DNA of 36,740 nt from an uncultured Eubacteriales bacterium (lineage in GTDB: Bacteria > Bacillota > Clostridia > Oscillospirales > Acutalibacteraceae). The stretch lies in assembly GCA_964597515.1 (NCBI GenBank), contig CAZQXZ010000001.1:1-36740 (forward strand), given 5' to 3'. Under the pieces are notes generated by a model. The model had not been told where the DNA came from. It worked only from the letters and a program-made list of their open reading frames with translations, and did no database searches. The first letter of the stretch is position 1; each line of letters starts with the position of its first letter. This document shows positions 33,916 to 36,740 of this stretch, piece after piece. The position numbers and the translations under genes are program-made.

Positions 33916-35748
33916 ATGAATTATCCTAAAATCGGTATCAGACCTATCATTGACGGACGCTGGGGAGGCGTCAGGGAAAGCCTTGAAGAAAAAACAGCGG
34001 CGATGGCAAAAGCCGCGAAGGAACTTATCGAGTCCAACTGCTTTTATACGGACGGCTCTCCGGCCAAGGTTGTCATTTCTCCGTGCTCGATAGGCGGCGG
34101 GGCGGAAGCCGCCAAATGCGCCGAGTATTTCAGCACCCAAAATGTATGCGCGACGCTTTCGGTGACTCCGTGCTGGTGCTACGGCAGCGAAACAATGGAT
34201 ATCGACCCCCTAACCGTCAAGGCAGTATGGGGCTTTAACGGTACGGAGCGTCCCGGCGCGGTATATCTCGCGGCTGTAATGGCTGCGCACGCGCAAAAGG
34301 GGCTTCCGGCTTTTTCTATTTACGGGCATGACGTTCAAGACGTCTCCGACAACATCATACCCGACGATGTCAGGGAAAAAATACTGCGCTTCGCGCGCTG
34401 CGCCTTGGGCGTGGGTCAGATGAAGGGAAAGACCTATGTCGGCATCGGGAACGTATCAATGGGAATTATGGGCTCTTACTGCGACGCCTCGTTTTTCCAG
34501 AAATATCTCGGTATCCGCCCCGAGTGGGTGGATATGTGCGAGGTCAGCCGCAGGGTAGAGCTTGGAATATATGACCGCGAGGAATTCCAAACGGCTCTTA
34601 AATGGGTAAAGGAACACTGTCCGGAAGGGTTTGATAAAAACCCCGCCGTCAAAAAAGAGGGTATAGACTACGTTCAGTCCACGCGTGAGCGCAAGGACTG
34701 GGAGTGGGAGTACGTCGTTAAAATGACGCTCATATGCCGCGACATTATGCTGGGCAACCCGAAGCTTGACAGCGTAGTCCCCGTCGGGGACCAGGCAAAA
34801 AAGGCGGGCGCCGTATTTACCGGCTGGCACGAGGAAGCGCTCGGTAAAAACGCGATTATGGGCGGCTTCCAAGGTCAGAGGCAGTGGACAGATCATATGC
34901 CCAACTGCGATTTCACCGAAGCTCTTCTCAACACAAGCTTTGACTGGACCGGCAAGAGAGAGCCTCTTGTTTTTGCTACCGAGAACGACGGTCTCAACGG
35001 AGCGTCCATGCTTTTCGGGAAGCTTATTACAAACGCGGCGGTCATGTTCTCGGACGTCCGCACATATTGGAGTCCCGAAGCCGTAAAAAGGGTTACGGGC
35101 TACGCGGTGGAGGGCAAGGCGGCAAACGGGTTTATCCACCTTATCAACTCGGGCGCGACCGCGCTCGACGCGACGGGCGCGAGCAAGGATAAAAACGGCA
35201 GCGCTCTTATGAAAAAGTGGTGGGACGTCACCGAGGAGGATATAGACGCTATGCTTAGCGCCACGGATTGGTGTCCGGGAGACAAGGGTTATTTCAGAGG
35301 CGGTGGGTACTCCTCGCACTTTAAGACGCTTGCCGAAATGCCGGTCACGATGATAAGGCTTAATATTGCCGACGGCGTAGGTCCGTTCTTACAAATAGCC
35401 GAGGGCTATACCGTAACGCTGCCCGACGAGGTTCACAAGACGCTCGATATGAGAACCGACCCCACCTGGCCTACCACATGGTTCGCCCCGAATTTGACCG
35501 GCGCCGGTCCGTTTAGGGACGTCTATTCCGTTATGGCGAATTGGGGCGCGAACCACGGCGCTATCGCTTACGGTCATATCGGAGGCGATATTATAACGCT
35601 CGCGAGCATGCTGCGTATTCCCGTCGCGCTTCACAATGTAAGCGACCGCGATATTTACCGCCCGCACTCCTGGGGCGCGTTCGGTACAAAGGAGCCGGAG
35701 AGCGCCGATTACAGGGCATGCGCGGCATACGGTCCGCTGTACGGATAA
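33916..35748 (+). CDS. fucI: L-fucose isomerase
   Basis: N-terminus [24 protein letters not shown] matches E. coli FucI ([24 protein letters not shown]). 610 aa. Confidence 0.9.
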   Translation: MNYPKIGIRPIIDGRWGGVRESLEEKTAAMAKAAKELIESNCFYTDGSPAKVVISPCSIGGGAEAAKCAEYFSTQNVCATLSVTPCWCYGSETMDIDPLTVKAVWGFNGTERPGAVYLAAVMAAHAQKGLPAFSIYGHDVQDVSDNIIPDDVREKILRFARCALGVGQMKGKTYVGIGNVSMGIMGSYCDASFFQKYLGIRPEWVDMCEVSRRVELGIYDREEFQTALKWVKEHCPEGFDKNPAVKKEGIDYVQSTRERKDWEWEYVVKMTLICRDIMLGNPKLDSVVPVGDQAKKAGAVFTGWHEEALGKNAIMGGFQGQRQWTDHMPNCDFTEALLNTSFDWTGKREPLVFATENDGLNGASMLFGKLITNAAVMFSDVRTYWSPEAVKRVTGYAVEGKAANGFIHLINSGATALDATGASKDKNGSALMKKWWDVTEEDIDAMLSATDWCPGDKGYFRGGGYSSHFKTLAEMPVTMIRLNIADGVGPFLQIAEGYTVTLPDEVHKTLDMRTDPTWPTTWFAPNLTGAGPFRDVYSVMANWGANHGAIAYGHIGGDIITLASMLRIPVALHNVSDRDIYRPHSWGAFGTKEPESADYRACAAYGPLYG

Positions 35749-35806
35749 ACCGTGTTTTCCGGTACCGGGACAGTCTGTGATTTATTGACAAAAGGGAGAT
35801 TTTATC

Positions 35807-36740
35807 TTGAATAATCTGTACGCCAAGCTGTTGGCAAAAGAGGAAAAACTGTCTCTTATAGGCCTCGGTTATGTCGGAATGCCTATTGCCGTGTCTTTCG
35901 CCAAAAAAGTCAGTGTCGTCGGCTTTGATTTGAACAGAGAGAAAATCGAAATGTACCGCTCCGGCGTTGACCCTACCAAAGAGGTCGGCGACGAGTGTAT
36001 CGCTAAGACTGCCGTTGACTTCACCTGTGACGAAACGCGCCTGAGAGAATGTAAATTTCACATAGTCGCGGTTCCGACGCCCGTAACCGACGACCATACG
36101 CCCAACCTGTCTCCGGTTGAAAGCGCAAGCGCCATTGTCGGGCGGAATTTAACGAAGGGCAGTATCGTCGTCTACGAATCAACCGTCTATCCGGGCGTTA
36201 CCGAGGATATCTGCGTCCCAATTCTCGAAAAGGAGTCGGGGCTTGTCTGCGGCGTTGATTTCAAGGTCGGCTATTCGCCCGAGCGCATCAACCCGGGCGA
36301 CAAAATCCACCGTCTGGAAACCATCGTTAAAATCGTGTCGGGCATGGACTATGAAACGCTCGATACAATAGCGAAGGTCTACGAACTCGTAGTAGAGGCG
36401 GGAGTGCACCGCGCCGAAAGCATTAAGGTTGCGGAAGCCGCCAAGGTCATAGAGAATAGCCAGCGCGACATCAACATAGCGTTTATGAACGAGCTGTCCA
36501 TCATCTTCAATAAGATGGGTATCGATACGAAATCCGTTATAGAAGCCGCCTCGACAAAATGGAATTTTTTAAGGTTTTCGCCGGGCTTGGTAGGGGGTCA
36601 CTGCATCGGCGTTGACCCGTACTATCTGACATATAAGGCGGAGCAGATAGGTTATCACAGCCAGGTGATTTTAGCCGGACGGCGCATAAACGATGATATG
36701 GGGCGATATGTCGCGGAAAATCTTGTGAAGTCTTTAATTA
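35807..36740 (+). CDS. Nucleotide-sugar dehydrogenase (UDP-glucose/GDP-mannose dehydrogenase family, TviB/WbpO/CapL-like), 3'-truncated by the window edge
   Basis: Not in the ORF track because it has no stop in the window. My translation from TTG 35807 (after AAGGGAG) gives [32 protein letters not shown]... (NAD fold GLGYVGMP) ...[11 protein letters not shown]...[15 protein letters not shown]...[14 protein letters not shown] (catalytic Cys). Confidence 0.8.
   Translation, partial: MNNLYAKLLAKEEKLSLIGLGYVGMPIAVSFAKKVSVVGFDLNREKIEMYRSGVDPTKEVGDECIAKTAVDFTCDETRLRECKFHIVAVPTPVTDDHTPNLSPVESASAIVGRNLTKGSIVVYESTVYPGVTEDICVPILEKESGLVCGVDFKVGYSPERINPGDKIHRLETIVKIVSGMDYETLDTIAKVYELVVEAGVHRAESIKVAEAAKVIENSQRDINIAFMNELSIIFNKMGIDTKSVIEAASTKWNFLRFSPGLVGGHCIGVDPYYLTYKAEQIGYHSQVILAGRRINDDMGRYVAENLVKSLI

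Noticed and set aside
34456-35319. 287-aa minus-strand ORF inside fucI, and similar long antisense ORFs (23361..23969 in rsmG, 26116..26739 in EF-G, 10676..11209 in the ABC ATPase)
   Set aside because: They lie opposite strongly supported genes. They are Arg/Ala/Ser-rich shadow frames typical of DNA above 50% G+C, and none has a recognisable motif.
35591-36409. Minus-strand ORFs 35591..36097 and 36179..36409 at the right end
   Set aside because: The plus strand there encodes a clear nucleotide-sugar dehydrogenase ([17 protein letters not shown]). It is missing from the ORF track only because it runs off the window.

Overview
This 36.7-kb chromosomal segment reads like a spore-forming, Clostridia-type Firmicute. 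It carries sleB, a SpoIIQ-like M23 protein, rsmG followed by a noc/parB-like gene with parS sites, and a dnaD/dnaI-like pair. G+C is above 50% by eye.

I support about 33 protein-coding genes. Nearly all are housekeeping, transport or sugar-metabolism genes:
- sleB and an orphan radical-SAM enzyme
- an MFS / DUF4091(GH123-like) / HExxH-membrane / Eis-like GNAT operon
- an M23 peptidase
- an amino-acid ABC importer behind a lysine riboswitch, and thiT behind a TPP riboswitch
- a DUF1846 protein, a YpsA-like (DUF1273) gene and a small ribbon-helix-helix gene
- purC, an OFA-type MFS, an ABC-2 exporter (ATPase plus two permeases) and a guaA-like gene
- a broken ABC ATPase with its large permease
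- rsmG, the ParB/Noc-like protein, an EF-G paralogue and a 7-bladed beta-propeller lipoprotein
- degV, a dnaD-domain protein and a dnaI/dnaC-like loader
- fucU, an exported hypothetical, fucI and a 3'-truncated nucleotide-sugar dehydrogenase

I found no rRNA, tRNA, CRISPR array, transposase, integrase or recognisable defence gene. I could not identify a convincing novel multi-gene system.

The most unusual signal is non-coding: a ~72-bp element made of an A/T-clamped hairpin plus exactly six contiguous heptads. It occurs twice, in opposite orientation (25094-25164 and 33826-33898), with unit-by-unit homology and a concerted single-position difference between the two arrays.

Other points worth a second look:
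- two identical perfect-palindrome parS sites, 135 bp apart, next to a ParA-less ParB/Noc paralogue
- a GuaA whose glutamine-amidotransferase domain is truncated and lacks the catalytic Cys
- an ABC ATPase with an out-of-frame deletion at the expected Q-loop position
- a YpsA-like gene whose conserved N-terminus has no start codon, at the edge of an AT-rich RHH cassette
- a compact multi-stem RNA structure between the cistrons of the lysine-regulated ABC operon

All coordinates, alignments and counts were done by eye and by hand. No database search was possible.
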